Made by a program: the position numbers and the translations under genes
The notes under the pieces: generated by a model
What the model saw: only the letters and a program-made list of their open reading frames with translations
What the model was told of the DNA's origin: nothing
The model's database searches: none
Shown here: one piece after another, positions 37,604-50,153 of the stretch
Layout of the letters: the number at the start of each line of letters is the position of its first letter
Numbering within the stretch: the stretch's first letter is position 1
Assembly (NCBI GenBank): GCA_036785375.1
Contig: JAWMAR010000384.1
Location: 620,001 to 684,000 of the forward strand
Direction: 5' to 3'
Source of the DNA: Leucoraja ocellata
Taxonomy: Eukaryota
Length of the DNA stretch: 64,000 nucleotides

Positions 37604-39090
37604 TGAATCTCCACCAAGGGAGAAGTCACAGATCCATAATGCTGGCAGTTCCATATAGAATTTTGCTTTGGTTTCTTTGTGATTAATTAGGCCGTATTAT
37701 CATGTTATTATTCAAAACAATATTCACTGCAGGTGATCAGTCCTTACCGCAAAGTGTGCTTTGATATTTAAGATGTGGACTTTATCGGCAAGCTGTGCAG
37801 TTGTTGGCCATGTCTTAGCATAATTGAGAAGGTGGTCACTTCCTGTCATTGAAGTTTTGGATATTCCGTTGGCACCTTTTTATTGGAAATTCCTATAGCT
37901 AGGCCAGCAATGCTAAAGGATTGGCCACATTGTTTCATGCCAGGATGCTGTATTCCATTGGCTGTCCAGAAGCAGATTGGGTTGGAGGCGCCTTTGAAGA
38001 AGCAGCAATGAGATACTATAGTGCACTGATTTGCTATACTCATTATAGCAAAAGAGGGAGTGAATATTTAGCTGGGTAGGGTCCAAATCTAGTAAGTAGC
38101 TGCTTTGACCTGAAGCACCATTCATCCAAGGAATTTACACTTCTGACATGTTCCTTGTGGATGGTAGACATTCAAAGTTAGGAAATGAATCACTTGCCAT
38201 ATGTAATAGTATCATAGGGTTCTGCTCACTGGTGTCTCCCTCTGCCATAATGTTGGTGAAGGATTAGCAATAATAATATCATTTAACGTGGACGGAATGT
38301 GATAAACCTCTTCTGTGTTGCTGCTGAACATTGTCTCCCTCTTGTATATCACCACCCTTACCTGTTCGTGTGTTAGGAAGACCCTTTACCATGTGGATGT
38401 GGTGGTGATGCTGGCTTGGTTGGGGGGGGTGATGGGGGAAAGTGTGGTGGTGGGGAAACTTTTACAGTTTCGAAAGGACATCCTTATAATGCTCCCCCCC
38501 CCCCCCCCTGATAACAGATGCTAGTTGCAATATGTCTCACAGGATTAGCAGAGGCTTGATGGCTCGTCCAATCCTCCCAATTAATGTTAAAATCTGTGTA
38601 GCAGTAAAAAATTGAATTAATGTCATGAAATATTCAATCCCTGCTACCTTGCACATTTCAGTAAGCTTACTGGATTCGGTCCTTGGTGTCCCATGTAATG
38701 TTAGATATTAAGAATCCTCCTGGCTAAGACCTGCCTGCGTCCTCTTCTTTTGCCCTTTCCTTTACGAGGCTTAGTGTACTTGCAGACTTGTGATTGTGTG
38801 CTCTTGCCCACCTTGGTAGAGATTTGTTGTAGTATAGAGTGCATTCTCTGAACAGCTGAAACCAAGGAGTCTCCAGCATTTGCCATCAGTAAATGAAACA
38901 TGCTTCACTGTCACTCTCTGAGCTGTTATAAAAAATTATGTTTTGGATTAATTAACTCAACAAAATTGTTTTCATTTGAATAAATTCAATGCAATATTTA
39001 ATTCCCCAAAATCCATTGTGTAAGAAACTATGAATGCCACAAAATGGCTTCTCACATGACCTGCCTTTTGTTTGTTTCTTTTATCATTAG

Positions 39091-39282
39091 GGATTTTTCG
39101 ACTGCTTTTTTTAATAGTGTACCCATCACGGGGGCACTTCCAGGGTCAGTGCTGTCTTCACAGATCAGCCAGCCACAGCCTTCCTCAGACTCTAATGCTG
39201 CCAAGTCCGTCTCTGCTAAACTATCTCAGGACCCCGCACCAGCCATTGCAAAGCCACCTGAAGACAGCCCCATCAAAGACGG
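39091..39282 (+). CDS. HIRA: HIRA exon 14
   Basis: DFSTAFFNSVPITGALPGSVLSSQ...PIKDG; cattag / gtaagg. Confidence 0.93.
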
Positions 39283-39620
39283 GTAAGGTGCAAATGCTGA
39301 GTACAACTGGATTTGAATAGTGATACACACCTACATGGATATGTCACCCTATTTCTCATCAGTAACTGGGTACAATGCTTTATTTTATAACTCGGCTTGT
39401 TCAGATGCAGTATAAATCTAAGTGCGAGAATGTTTCTTTGATCCCAGCTCAGATATTTGATTGGTGCTGAACAAAATCAAAGCTAATTCATTTGATTAGA
39501 GTTGTTTGAAGCTGCAGTTTTCTGCGGAAAGTACAGAGGAACAAAAGACTCTTCCCCTCCCCCACTTGTGGGAAGCAGCCGAGCAGGTGCAGTGAACTGT
39601 GGTGGTTGCTGTGGAGCAAA

Positions 39621-39637
39621 AGTGCCATCTAGCGACA
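39621..39637 (-). promoter_or_regulatory. Candidate CTCF site
   Basis: Reverse strand TGTCGCTAGATGGCACT with an upstream CTGTAATAC resembling the U-motif. Confidence 0.5.
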
Positions 39638-39848
39638 GGAGACCAGTATTACAGCAATAGGGAAATTAATTAAACTTCCAATCCTTCAACTGCAGATATG
39701 AAATAACATCAAATGTAAGGAAGTTAACAGCTTAGGCGACATCTGTGGAAAAGAGAACGGAGGCGAGGGAATTAACAGAATGCTGACTGACAAACAGTCC
39801 AACCAATATTTCAATCGGCGAAAGCCACAGGTTCTCTGTCATCTCTGT

Positions 39849-41068
39849 GAAGATGTAACTAGGAAAATGGACAAGGGAGAGCCAGTGGATGTAGTGTACG
39901 TGGACTTTTAGAAAACATTTGATAAGATCCCACATAGGAGATTAGTGGGCAAAATTAGGGCACATGGTATTGGGGGTAGAATGCTTACATGGATAGAGAA
40001 GTGGCAGACAAACAAAGAGTAGGGATTAACGGGTCCCTTTCAGAATGGCAGGCAGTGACTAGTGGGGTATCACAAGGCTTGGTGCTGGAACTGCAGCTAT
40101 TTACAATATACATCAATGATTTGGATGAAGGGATTCAAAGTAACATTAGCAAATTTGCAGATGACACAAAGCTGGGTGGCAGTGTGAACTGTGAGGAGGA
40201 TGCTATAAAGAATGCAGGGTGACTTGGACAGGTTGGAGGAGTGGGCAGATGCATGGCAGATGAAGTTTAATGCGGATAAACGTGAGGTTATCCACGTTGG
40301 TAGCAAAAACAGGAAGGCAGATTACTATCGAAATGGCGTCAAGTTGGGGGAAAAAGGGGAAGTACACCGGGATCTGGGGGTCCTTGTACATCAGTCTATG
40401 AAAGTAAGCATGCAGGTACAGCAGGCAGTGAAGAAAGTGAATGGCATGTTGGCCTTTATAACAAGAGGAATCGAAAATAGGAGCAACGAGGTCCTTCTGC
40501 CGTTGTACAGAGCCCCAGTGAGACCACACCTGGAGCATTGTGTGCAGTTTTGGTCCTCTAATTTGAGGAAGAACATTCTTACTGTTGAGGGAGTGCAGCG
40601 TAGGTTTACAAGGTTCATTCCCAGGATGCTGAGAGAATGGAGCAGCTGGGCTTGTACACTCTGGAGTTTAGAAGGATGAGAGGGCATCTCATTGAAACAT
40701 ATAAGATTGTTAAGGGTTTGGACACACTAGAGGCAGGAAACATGTTCCCAATGTTGGGGGTGTCCAGAACCAGGGGCCACAGTTTAGGAATAAGGAGTAA
40801 GCCATTTAGAACGGAGACGAGGAAACCCTTTTTCTCACAGTGAGTGGTGAGTCTGTGGAATTCTGCCTCAGAGGGCAGTGGAGGCGGGTTCTCTGGATGC
40901 TTTTCAAGAGAGAGCTGGATAGGGCTCTTAAAAATAGAGGAGTCAGGGGATATAGGGAGAAGGCAGAAACGGGGTACTGATTGGGGATGATCAGCCATGA
41001 TCACATTGAATGGCGGTGCTGGCTCGAAGGGCTGAATGGTCTCCTCCTGCACCTATTGTCTATTGTCT
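39849..41068 (+). mobile_element. CR1 (HER1-like) LINE, 5'-truncated RT region, frameshifted
   Basis: VDVVYVDF, VTSGVSQG, ISKFADDTKLGG and VRPHLEHCVQFWS; 3' end ...cctattgtctattgtc; possible TSD TCTCTGT. Confidence 0.92.
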
Positions 41069-41272
41069 CTGTTTAGTCCGTGGAGTGAAACTTTTATGGT
41101 GTTTCGGTTCTTTTGTTACGTCTATTTCCAGTTGTAAATTTCTCAGTGAAAGCAACAATGTGCTGAAACGTAGTGTGAAATTATCTTCATTACCCAAACT
41201 GTGACATTTTTTGCAAGTCTAAAGCCACGCTATTGAGGTTTTTAAATACTTTAAACTGAATTGTTCAGAGTT

Positions 41273-41286
41273 CCACTAGGTGGCAG
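41273..41286 (+). promoter_or_regulatory. Candidate CTCF site
   Basis: CCACTAGGTGGCAG, a close match to the core consensus. Confidence 0.6.
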
Positions 41287-41542
41287 CAACGCCTAATATT
41301 GCTCTTCTAAGTAATTCATTGCAATATTTTAGTTATTTTTGCGCAACAAGGTTGTATTTTTCCCCTTCTTTATTTAAATAAAACAGGTACCTCTGTTTAG
41401 TTCCTGAATTTTCAGGGAAGATAATTGTCTAAACTACTTTATGAATCAGCTGGTGGTGTTTTTCTTGGTTATGTTCTCTCCAAGAGCTTCATATTTAGTC
41501 AATAAAAGGTGACCACACCTGAACAGACTGTCCCATGGCTGA

Positions 41543-41732
41543 AGGTAGACACAAAATGCTGGAGTAACTCAACGGGGCAGGCAGCATCTCTGGGAGAAGG
41601 AATGGGTGACATTTTGGGTTGAGACCCTCCTTCAGACCGCTCCAGAGATGCTGCCTGTCCCATTAAGTTACTCCAGCATTTTGTGCCTACCTTCGATTTA
41701 AACCAGCATCTGTAGTTCTTTCCTACACATTT
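41543..41732. mobile_element. Fold-back Penelope-derived insertion
   Basis: Inverted halves; perfect 14-bp TSD TGTCCCATGGCTGA. Confidence 0.8.
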
Positions 41733-42319
41733 TGTCCCATGGCTGATTTCACTATTGTTTCATAGTGTTTTCATAATAGTGTATTTGTGCTCCATGCATT
41801 GGCATTATATACCGATGTTTTAACCAGCCGTTATATGCCAACTTTATTTTCCTGTTAGTCACAAAATTGAATTTTTGGGAGTCGTGTTTATTTTCTGTAT
41901 TTACTATACCTTCCAATATTAATCATGTTATGGTCAGGGACGATAATCTGAGGCTTTCATAAAAATTGAACAGGGTGATGCAGTCTTCAAAGCACCAGCA
42001 AGATGCCAGGTTGTGTGTTTTCATATATTTGCTTAATTCGGTCACCTTCAACTAGATTTAGGCAATTGGGTTTATTCATTCTTTGTTTGAATTGTATTAC
42101 ACTGGGCACCTCTTTTGTCACACCAATTGATGCTACCTGCTTCATCATTTTTATTAAGTTTATTTCTACAAATTAGTTCAGCAGGGTTATTCAATGCAAA
42201 CCACTTAAGTCCCACTGCTGCCTGATTTTTTTGTTTTGTGAAATATCACGGAGTGACCATCAGGATAAGCTTCATCCCCCTCCACCATTTCCAATCTCAG
42301 TCTGCAGTGAGTTTCCATG

Positions 42320-42545
42320 ATTTAGTTTAGAAATACAGCGTGGAAATAGGCACTTTGGCCCATTGGGTTTGCGCCGACCAACCATCACCTACACGCTAGT
42401 TCTATCCTACGCACTAGGAACAATTTATAGAAGCCAATTTACCTACAAACCTGCATGTCCTCGGGATGTGGGAGGAAATCAGAGGTAAGAGGGAGAACGG
42501 TCGAATGCCTTGCAGACAGCACCCGGAGTCAGGATCGATCCCTGG
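42320..42545 (-). mobile_element. V-SINE (HE1-like)
   Basis: Homologous to the 30826 and 35156 copies. Confidence 0.7.
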
Positions 42546-42789
42546 TAAACATTCATTTCTGGATTCATATGTAAAGGATGAATACTTCAAGACCCATTAA
42601 GAAGAGAAATTAAAGCAATATATAAAATAACGACAAATCAAAAATGGCATGTAATAGTTTTTTTTTGCAAAATTTCAGGATGAACCCTGTACATATTTGG
42701 GAATACTATAGTTGGTTTGAAATATCTGTATGTTGTTGGGTGTTATGTAGGCCAGACCTGTACATTAAAGTCATGTCTTTGTTTTTCAG

Positions 42790-42960
42790 GTCTGCAATCA
42801 CTAGTACACCCACTGCTGTGCCCACAAGCACTCAGCTTTTGACTTCTCCTTCAAGGATTGAGCCGATGAAAGCTCTTGACTCGAGGTTCACTGAAAGATC
42901 CAAATCTACACCTGGAACAGCCCCCATCTCTTCTGTTGCCAGGCAGACTGACTTGGACAG
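42790..42960 (+). CDS. HIRA: HIRA exon 15
   Basis: SAITSTP...LLTSPSRIEPMKALDSRFTERSKSTPG...LDR; tttcag / gtatta. Confidence 0.93.
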
Positions 42961-43315
42961 GTATTACGACAGCAACGTGGACGACTTTGGTGGAGTCTGT
43001 TTTAATTGACTTAGGACTGTCCGCAAGTTAATACTGCAATGAGTTCAAATTACATTACTTTATCACGAAAATGTATTACAAGGTGTATTACTTCTCAGAA
43101 GTTTGAAGTTAATGCTTACAAGAAAACAGATATTTTATGTTGCATCTCTCCCATTAGAACAGGTCATTTGTTGCGATCTTATCCATTCTTGATGTCATGA
43201 AAGGGTTTTTTTTATTTTTTGCTCGAGACACACTCCAATTGACGACATACTTGGTTCATCCAAGGTGAATGAGATGGGCTAATAATATATCTTTGTTGTG
43301 GTTCTCTCTTTATAG

Positions 43316-43520
43316 GGGTAAAGATTTGGGCCTGTCCAAAGAGTTGAAACCCAGAGAAATTCAAGAGAGCAGCAGTGACAGTGACGAGAAGATTCCGGCT
43401 TCTAAAATCTCGTCATCGTCCAAACGCAAGTATGACACTGAAGCAGAAGTTGTGGAAAAGAAAAAGAAAGGTCGACCCAGGAAAGAAACAAAGCATATGC
43501 CTATAACCATAACAACTCAG
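43316..43520 (+). CDS. HIRA: HIRA exon 16
   Basis: GKDLGLSKELKPRE...ESSSDSDEK...EKKKKGRPRK...TTQ; ttatag / gtacgg. Confidence 0.93.
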
Positions 43521-43663
43521 GTACGGGTGAAATTATCACACTCCTAAAGATGTCAGTAAACGTTCTTCTATGGATGTATACTATCTCTTTCTGTCACTGC
43601 ATTTGTTTGGGCCCTGTTCTTTGCCAGTTTGGAGAGGCAGCATTTGGCAGAGATAGGGTAAAC

Positions 43664-43849
43664 CTTCTTTAGCTCATGGCCCCCTTGGACTCTTTAATTT
43701 TTCTGTGGCCCCCCTGACATTATTAGCGGAAAAAAGGTGTCCCCCTTCATTGAACCTGTGGGCCCTATATCCCCAAATTTTTCTGTGGCCCCCCTGAAAT
43801 TTGCTACGGCCCCTTTGGGGGCCATATGACCCCAGGTTGCGAATCACTG
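43664..43849. mobile_element. hAT-like MITE (left TIR lost) inserted in a CR1 fragment
   Basis: Right end GGTTGCGAATCACTG; 8-bp TSD GGGTAAAC/AGGTAAAC; repeated TGGCCCC subterminal motifs. Confidence 0.6.
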
Positions 43850-44619
43850 AGGTAAACAGTCAGAGCAATTTTCCCAGGATGGAAATGTCAAAGCCCAGGT
43901 TTTCAGGTCAGAGGGGGGAAGTTTAAAGGAGATGGGTGGAGATGTTATTTTACACATAGGGTGGTGGGTTCTGGAATGTGTTGCCTGAGGTGGTGCTGGA
44001 AGTTGAAACAATTGTGGCCTTTAAGATAGGAACGCAGATAAGTAGGAAAGGAGGGAAATGTAGATTAACTTGGCATCATGCCCAGCACAGACACTGTGGT
44101 CGGAAGAGCCTGTTCCCGTGTTCCTGTGTTGTGCTGTTCTATGTTCACTGTATTTGCCAATGGAATGGAAGATCTACCTGGTGTAATTTATTCGAAACAG
44201 CTTTGTCAGGTTATACGGCATATGTTGTTAGCTAATCAATACAACCAACTAAGATTCTTTCCTATGAGCCTATTAGTTATGTTGTGCATCCAGTCTGCTC
44301 CCATTGCAGTGTCTATACAAAATGCCAGATGTTAACTTCTGTGTTGCACCATCATGTATATTTTTAACATATTATGTATCTCCTGTCAAACTGTTTTGCT
44401 AACATAACCTCCCTGATAAGCCTGCATTTTTTTTTGTCTGATCCTAAATGTCCGTGAGACGGTGGCGACGAGCCTTCTTGAACCACTGTAATCCATATAG
44501 TGAAAGCACTCGTATATTGTTGCCGTTGAGTTAATCCTGAATGTTGTGTCTATTGTCGGTGCAAACCACCGTCTGCAGTCCCTTCCTACTCTCATATTAC
44601 TGGTGGTAGGCAGTTCTGA

Positions 44620-45720
44620 AATTTAGAGCAAGTGGCAATGAAGGAATAGCAATTCACTTCCAAGTCGGAGGTTGTACTTTTTGAACATGCTGGTGGAGCA
44701 TCTTAAGTGATGGTACACATTGTAGTTGCTGTGCGTCAGTGATGGAGGGAATGTATGTTTACATGGTGAGATGGTGGGTGGGTTGTTAGTCAAGTGGACT
44801 GCTTTGTCTTGAATGGTGTTGAACTGTTTGAGTATTGCTGGAGCTGCGCCATCCAGGTCAATGAAGAGAATTTTGGACCTCTTTAACCCCCTCACCCCAC
44901 TTCCCAATGTGCTATGATAGAAAGCCATTGAATATCCAGGATGGATGATAAACCTGTTTTGTGTGATTAATGTTACTTGGCCTGAACATTGTGTAGATCA
45001 TGAAGTACATATGGTCTTATTGATGATTGCACAATGTTTGATCCATGCACGACTCATTAATTGACTAGTTTTGAATGGCTCAAACACCGTATCTGTGAAT
45101 GTAGTCAATCCTAATGTTACAGTGGAAGGAAGTTCACTGCTAAAGCAGCAGAAGATGGCTAGCCCTAGAGCACTGTCTTGAGGAACTAGCTCTGGAGATC
45201 TCTAGTAGCAGTTCTGGGACTGGGATGATTAACCTCCCACAGCAATACAGCAAAATGATTCCAATCATTGGAATGTTCGTTCCTTGATGCCCATTTATGT
45301 GTGTGATTATTGAGGGTGATCATCCTCAACTCGCCTCTGGAATTCAGCTCATTGGCTATGTTTTGTCCAAGGCAGTAATTTGCCCTAAAACTGGGAAACA
45401 GAGTATTGTTGAGGAGGGTCATGGAGAGTAAGTGGAGCTGCATTGTGGATATCATCTTTCATCACTTTGTTGAGGACTGAGAGTAGACTGACTGGGTGGT
45501 AAGTAATAAGATTGGATTAATGCTGCTTCATTGAACAGAACACACCTGGGCAATTGTCTGGTATATACCAGAGCAGTAACAATACTGGAACAGCTTGACT
45601 TGGCTGGAGGTGCAGTCTTCAATACTACATTACTTTGAAGTCTTCAATACTACAATGATCTGGTCCTGTGACCTTTGCTGTACCTAGTTCTGCCAGCTGT
45701 TTCTTTCACTCATCTGGAAT
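44620..45720 (-). mobile_element. Old degraded non-LTR (CR1/L2-clade) fragment
   Basis: Shares degenerate blocks with 5950-6640, 30330-30800, 31500-31680, 38050-38400, 49670-49920 and 52600-52990. Confidence 0.5.
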
Positions 45721-45860
45721 GGAACTGGCTCCTGTCATCTCAGGATGAAGACAGTGCTATGAGGGTAGTGCCATTGTTGTCTTTTCACTGATTTCTACTC
45801 TTCATTTACACAATCGATCTTGACTGAAGTCAAATATTGAATGAAGTACTTCTATTTCAG

Positions 45861-45959
45861 CCTGCTCCCTCAACAGAAAAAGAGGTATCACGTGTCTCGG
45901 CCCCTGTCATAGTATTTAAACTCCCGACACCGACACCAAAGAAAGCATTTAACATACAG
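45861..45959 (+). CDS. HIRA: HIRA exon 17
   Basis: PAPSTEKEVSRVSAPVIVFKLPTPTPKKAFNIQ; tttcag / gtaaga. Confidence 0.9.
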
Positions 45960-46154
45960 GTAAGAGATGGCATTGTCTGGGACCAGTGTTTCTAAATGCT
46001 ACTTCAGGATTTTACAAGCCCTTTTATTGCAAGGGCCTGTTTAAGACTGTAATACAAGAATGTTACATAAGCGACCATTACTCAAGTTAATATTAACTTA
46101 CCCAACACCATGTGCGTCAGGAATATTTCTGCTCGCTTTGTGGACAAGGTACTG

Positions 46155-46168
46155 GAGCCCTCTACTGG
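46155..46168 (-). promoter_or_regulatory. Candidate CTCF site
   Basis: Reverse strand CCAGTAGAGGGCTC. Confidence 0.4.
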
Positions 46169-46428
46169 AGGTGGACGGATATCGCTTCATTGTTCGGTTA
46201 GCTTAATTGTTTAAAACTTTTTAGAGCATTAGCGTAAAGAAATTAACATTCTCCCTGTTGTAAACTCAAAGAACATCTCTTCAGCGTGTGCTGTAATTAC
46301 AAAATTCAAATGGGGAAATGTGAGATTTATTTAGAAAAATGTTTAAGGTGATATAATACGTGAGCTGAGAGAATTTAATTCAATTTTCTATGTGTATAAA
46401 GTAAGTTTTCTACTTTACTGAATTCCAG

Positions 46429-46577
46429 GTGAGCACTGAGCCAGCTATGTACATAGAGGTGGAAAATGAAGTTCCAACAGTAACGGGGTGGAAGCTCAGC
46501 CGGCTAAAGTGCATGAGAGAAGGCAAAGAATGGGACACACTACTAACCAGTCGAATCCTCACTGCTGCTGGAAGCTG
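46429..46577 (+). CDS. HIRA: HIRA exon 18
   Basis: VSTEPAMYIEVENEVPTVTGWKLSRLKCMREGKEWDTLLTSRILTAAGS; ttccag / gtgagt. Confidence 0.95.
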
Positions 46578-48135
46578 GTGAGTGTGAGCTCTTTGGGGAA
46601 AGTCCAGTGGTGAGAAATCTGAGAGTTGATTTCGAGAACTGGTGATTGGCTTTGGCTTTGGGGAAGACTGAATGACTGTGCACCACTGATCTTGTCAACC
46701 ATTCATTTTGTTCATGGAACTTATGAAGGGGAATTTTTCATACTTATTTGTAGTTCTGCTTTAAGTAATTAAGTAAAGTATAAGGTTTTTTAGTTTTTAT
46801 GGTGGAGATGCATGCAATCCGTAGCCAGGCTGTTCAAACTTGCAGTGTAGCAGCCTCGTACCTGTGTGAGGTTTGTGTGCCATTAATGATACCTTAATTT
46901 TAATATTTTAATTTTAATATGATCAGCCATGATCATATTGAATGGCGGTGCAGGCTCGAAGGGCCGAATGGCCTCCTCATGCACCTATTTTTTATGTTTC
47001 TATGTATTATTGGATAATCAAATAATGTGCAAAGTTATTGTCGGTCTCCTTTCATGGAAGCTGCTGATATTATGTAATTTTGGTGTTATAATAGTTATAG
47101 CGTAATATGTTAACATTTTAAGTTATATAGTTTGTGTTTAATTAATGAGACTGTTAGCATGTTCTGAATTTTGATTTACAAACTTACTTAAGTGTTTGCT
47201 TTGTATGATTGGTGCTGGGTGGTTGCAATGCATTGTGGGAGAATCAGTAACCCCCCCCCCCCCCCCCCCAACTTGGGGAATAACGCAAAGGGAAAAATAA
47301 ACCTTAATGTCTAATACTGGGACCCAACCAACATGTTTAGGGCTTTTTGCAGTCTGATGATAAACATCCTTATATATAACATGGGACAACTCTTTACTGT
47401 GTGTGGTGTAGGGCATCTGTTCCTGCTGCAGAGGCTTGGCTAAAAATGAAATGAAACTTTAAACACTGGGAGAGTTCCAAAGGGCGACTGTTGTAAGATG
47501 CAGCTGGTCTGCGTTCTCACTTGCTCCATGCTTTATTTAGCAAATGTTTCAGGTTAAGACTGGTTTAAACAAAACTGTATGCCATATGAGGAAAAATGAT
47601 GTCAACTCATTTAAAGTAGGAATATGAAGGGTATTTTTGATGCAAAGGTCATCCAATGTCCTCTGATGGGCAGCTTGCCAATTTCACTGACACAGAGACA
47701 ATTAATTGAATAGCATTGCATTGTGCTCTAAGATTCTGGAATAAGTAGTGTGATTTATTCATGCATGTGATTTTCTTTAAACCTATTACTGTTTACATTG
47801 AGCTGCAAGCACAAGAATTTCAGAAGGAAAATTTCATCTACTGAATAGAGATTCTCAGAAGTGAAATAAGTTTCAGAGAAAGGTTTCCTCAGCAACTGGA
47901 ATGTTCTTAAAAAATTTTGAGCTAAATATTTTTATACAGAATGGTCTTACTTGGAGACTACAGATGCACTGATCATTTCTGCGAGTCCATTATTCAACAG
48001 AATTATTATATCTAAATTTAGTGTTTCTAGCTTTTGCCTTTTAGACCTCTTTCAACAATGATGTTCTGAGAAATATTGTAGTCGCTCTCTAGAACTCTAA
48101 CCTCAATAATTCATATAAATGGGCAAATAATGATA

Positions 48136-48733
48136 AGAAACATAGAAAATAGGTGCAGGAGTAGACCATTCGGCCCTTCGAGCCTGCACCGCCATTCAAT
48201 ATGATCATGGCTGATCATCCAACTCAGTACCCTGTACCTGCCTTCTCTCCATACCCCCTGATCCCTTTAGCCACAAGGGCCACATCTAACTCCCTCTTAA
48301 ATATAGCAAATGAACTGGCCTCAACTACTGTCTGTGGCAGAGAATTCCAGAGATTCACCACTCTCTGTGTGAAAAATGTTTTCCTCATCTCGGTCCTAAA
48401 AGATTTCCCCCTAATCCTTAAACTGTGACCCCTTGTTCTGGATTTCCCCAACATCGGGAACAATCTTCCTGCATCTAGCCTGTCCAACCCCTTAAGAATT
48501 TTGTAAGTTTCCATAAGATCCCCCCTCAATCTTCTAAATTCTAGCGAGTACAAGCCGAGTCTATCCAGTCTTTCTTCATATGAAAGTCCTGCATCCCAGG
48601 AATCAGTCTGGTGAACCTTCTCTGTACTCCCTCTATGGCAAGAATGTCTTTCCTCAGATTAGGAGACCAAAACTGTACGCAATACTCCAGGTGTGGTCTC
48701 ACCAAGACCCTGTACAACTGCAGTAGAACCTCC
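48136..48733 (-). mobile_element. CR1 LINE 3' fragment
   Basis: LVRPHLEYCVQFWSP and LYSLEFRRLRGDL; typical 3' UTR. Confidence 0.9.
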
Positions 48734-49169
48734 CTAGAGTTACCTAGACCCAAATGAAGAAAACCTGAAAGAACAGAAATAATTCTGCATATTAAAAATA
48801 TGAGGCACAAATCCTGAACCTTTGACCTCCATAATACATAAAGCTGTCGACAGAAGCCTCATGTATGATGTGCTACGTTGTTATATGTGTAAGATAAGAA
48901 TATTTCAACTAATTGTTGGCTTGTAATTTTGGACAGAATAGGACTTTTTTAAATTCGTCAATTAGAAAATTGGTTGGTTTTCATGTTGCATTTTGTGTGA
49001 AAAGTCCAGAATTTGGTGTAAATGCCAGTCTCTCAATTCATTTCCATGAGAGCCAACTTCCCATGAAGATAACCAATGTAATTTTGAGCGCTTATATTCC
49101 TGTAGCAGCAGATTTGTGAATGTGCACCCTTCAATGACAACCGTTCAGTTTATGCAGTTTGGCACAAAT

Positions 49170-49665
49170 AGCACAACTTGAATTACGCAGTCATAGAATC
49201 ACACAGCACGAGAACAGGCCATTTGGCTGAACTTGCCCATGCTGACCAAAATGTCTCATCTACACTAACCCCCAGTTGCCCACTTTTGACCTATATCCCG
49301 TTAAACCTTTCCTACCTATGTCTAAAGTCTCTTAAATATTGTTATAGTAACTGCCTCAACTTCCTCTTCTGGCAGCTGGTTCCATATACGAACCATTCTG
49401 CGTGTGAAAAAGCTTGCCCCACAGGTTACTATTAAATCTTACCCCTCTCGTCTTAACCCATGTCTTCTGGTTCTTGATTCCCCTGTTCTGTATATCTACC
49501 CTATTTATTCCCTTCATGATCTTGCACATCTCTATAAGATCATTTCTCATCCTCCTGCGCTCCAACAAATAAAGTCCTAGCCTGCCCGACCTCTCTCATA
49601 GCTCAGGCTCTCAAGTCCTGGCAACATTCTCATAAATGGGGCACTCTTCTTAGCTTAATAACATC
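49170..49665 (-). mobile_element. CR1 3' fragment
   Basis: LERRRMRNDLIEMCKIMKGINRVD peptide plus 3' UTR. Confidence 0.75.
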
Positions 49666-49991
49666 TATTGTTGTTAAATAGCATTTATTGCCCAACCCTA
49701 ACTGTCTTCAAGAAGATTGTGATGAATTGCAACATATCCTACTGGTGAGGATCCCACTCAAATCCTCTAAGGGCAATGATGAATGAATAGCAATATACGT
49801 CTAAGTGAGGATGGTTGACTTGGACAGGAACTTACAAGTACCTGTATTGATGGTGATCGCATGCTTGTGAATGGCTTGCTTCCTGCCTCAGCACAGTTGC
49901 CAGTCTGAGTTTCTGGGAATTTGTTGCTGTGGATGTTTTCACTAACTGTTGTAGTCCCAGGCTCGCACTAATCCATCTCTTTTTTTTGCAG

Positions 49992-50153
49992 TGACCTTGT
50001 CAGTGTTGCCTGCGAGGAGCGGATGGTGTCTGTGTTTTCAGCAAATGGACGACGGTTGCTGCCAGCCATTCTCCTCCAGTCGCCCATCTCCACGTTGCAT
50101 TGTGCAAGTCACTTTGTGATGGCGCTAATGGCTACTGCCACTCTCTCTGTCTG
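49992..50153 (+). CDS. HIRA: HIRA exon 19
   Basis: DLVSVACEERMVSVFSANGRRLLPAILLQSPISTLHCASHFVMALMATATLSVW; ttgcag / gtaagt. Confidence 0.95.
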
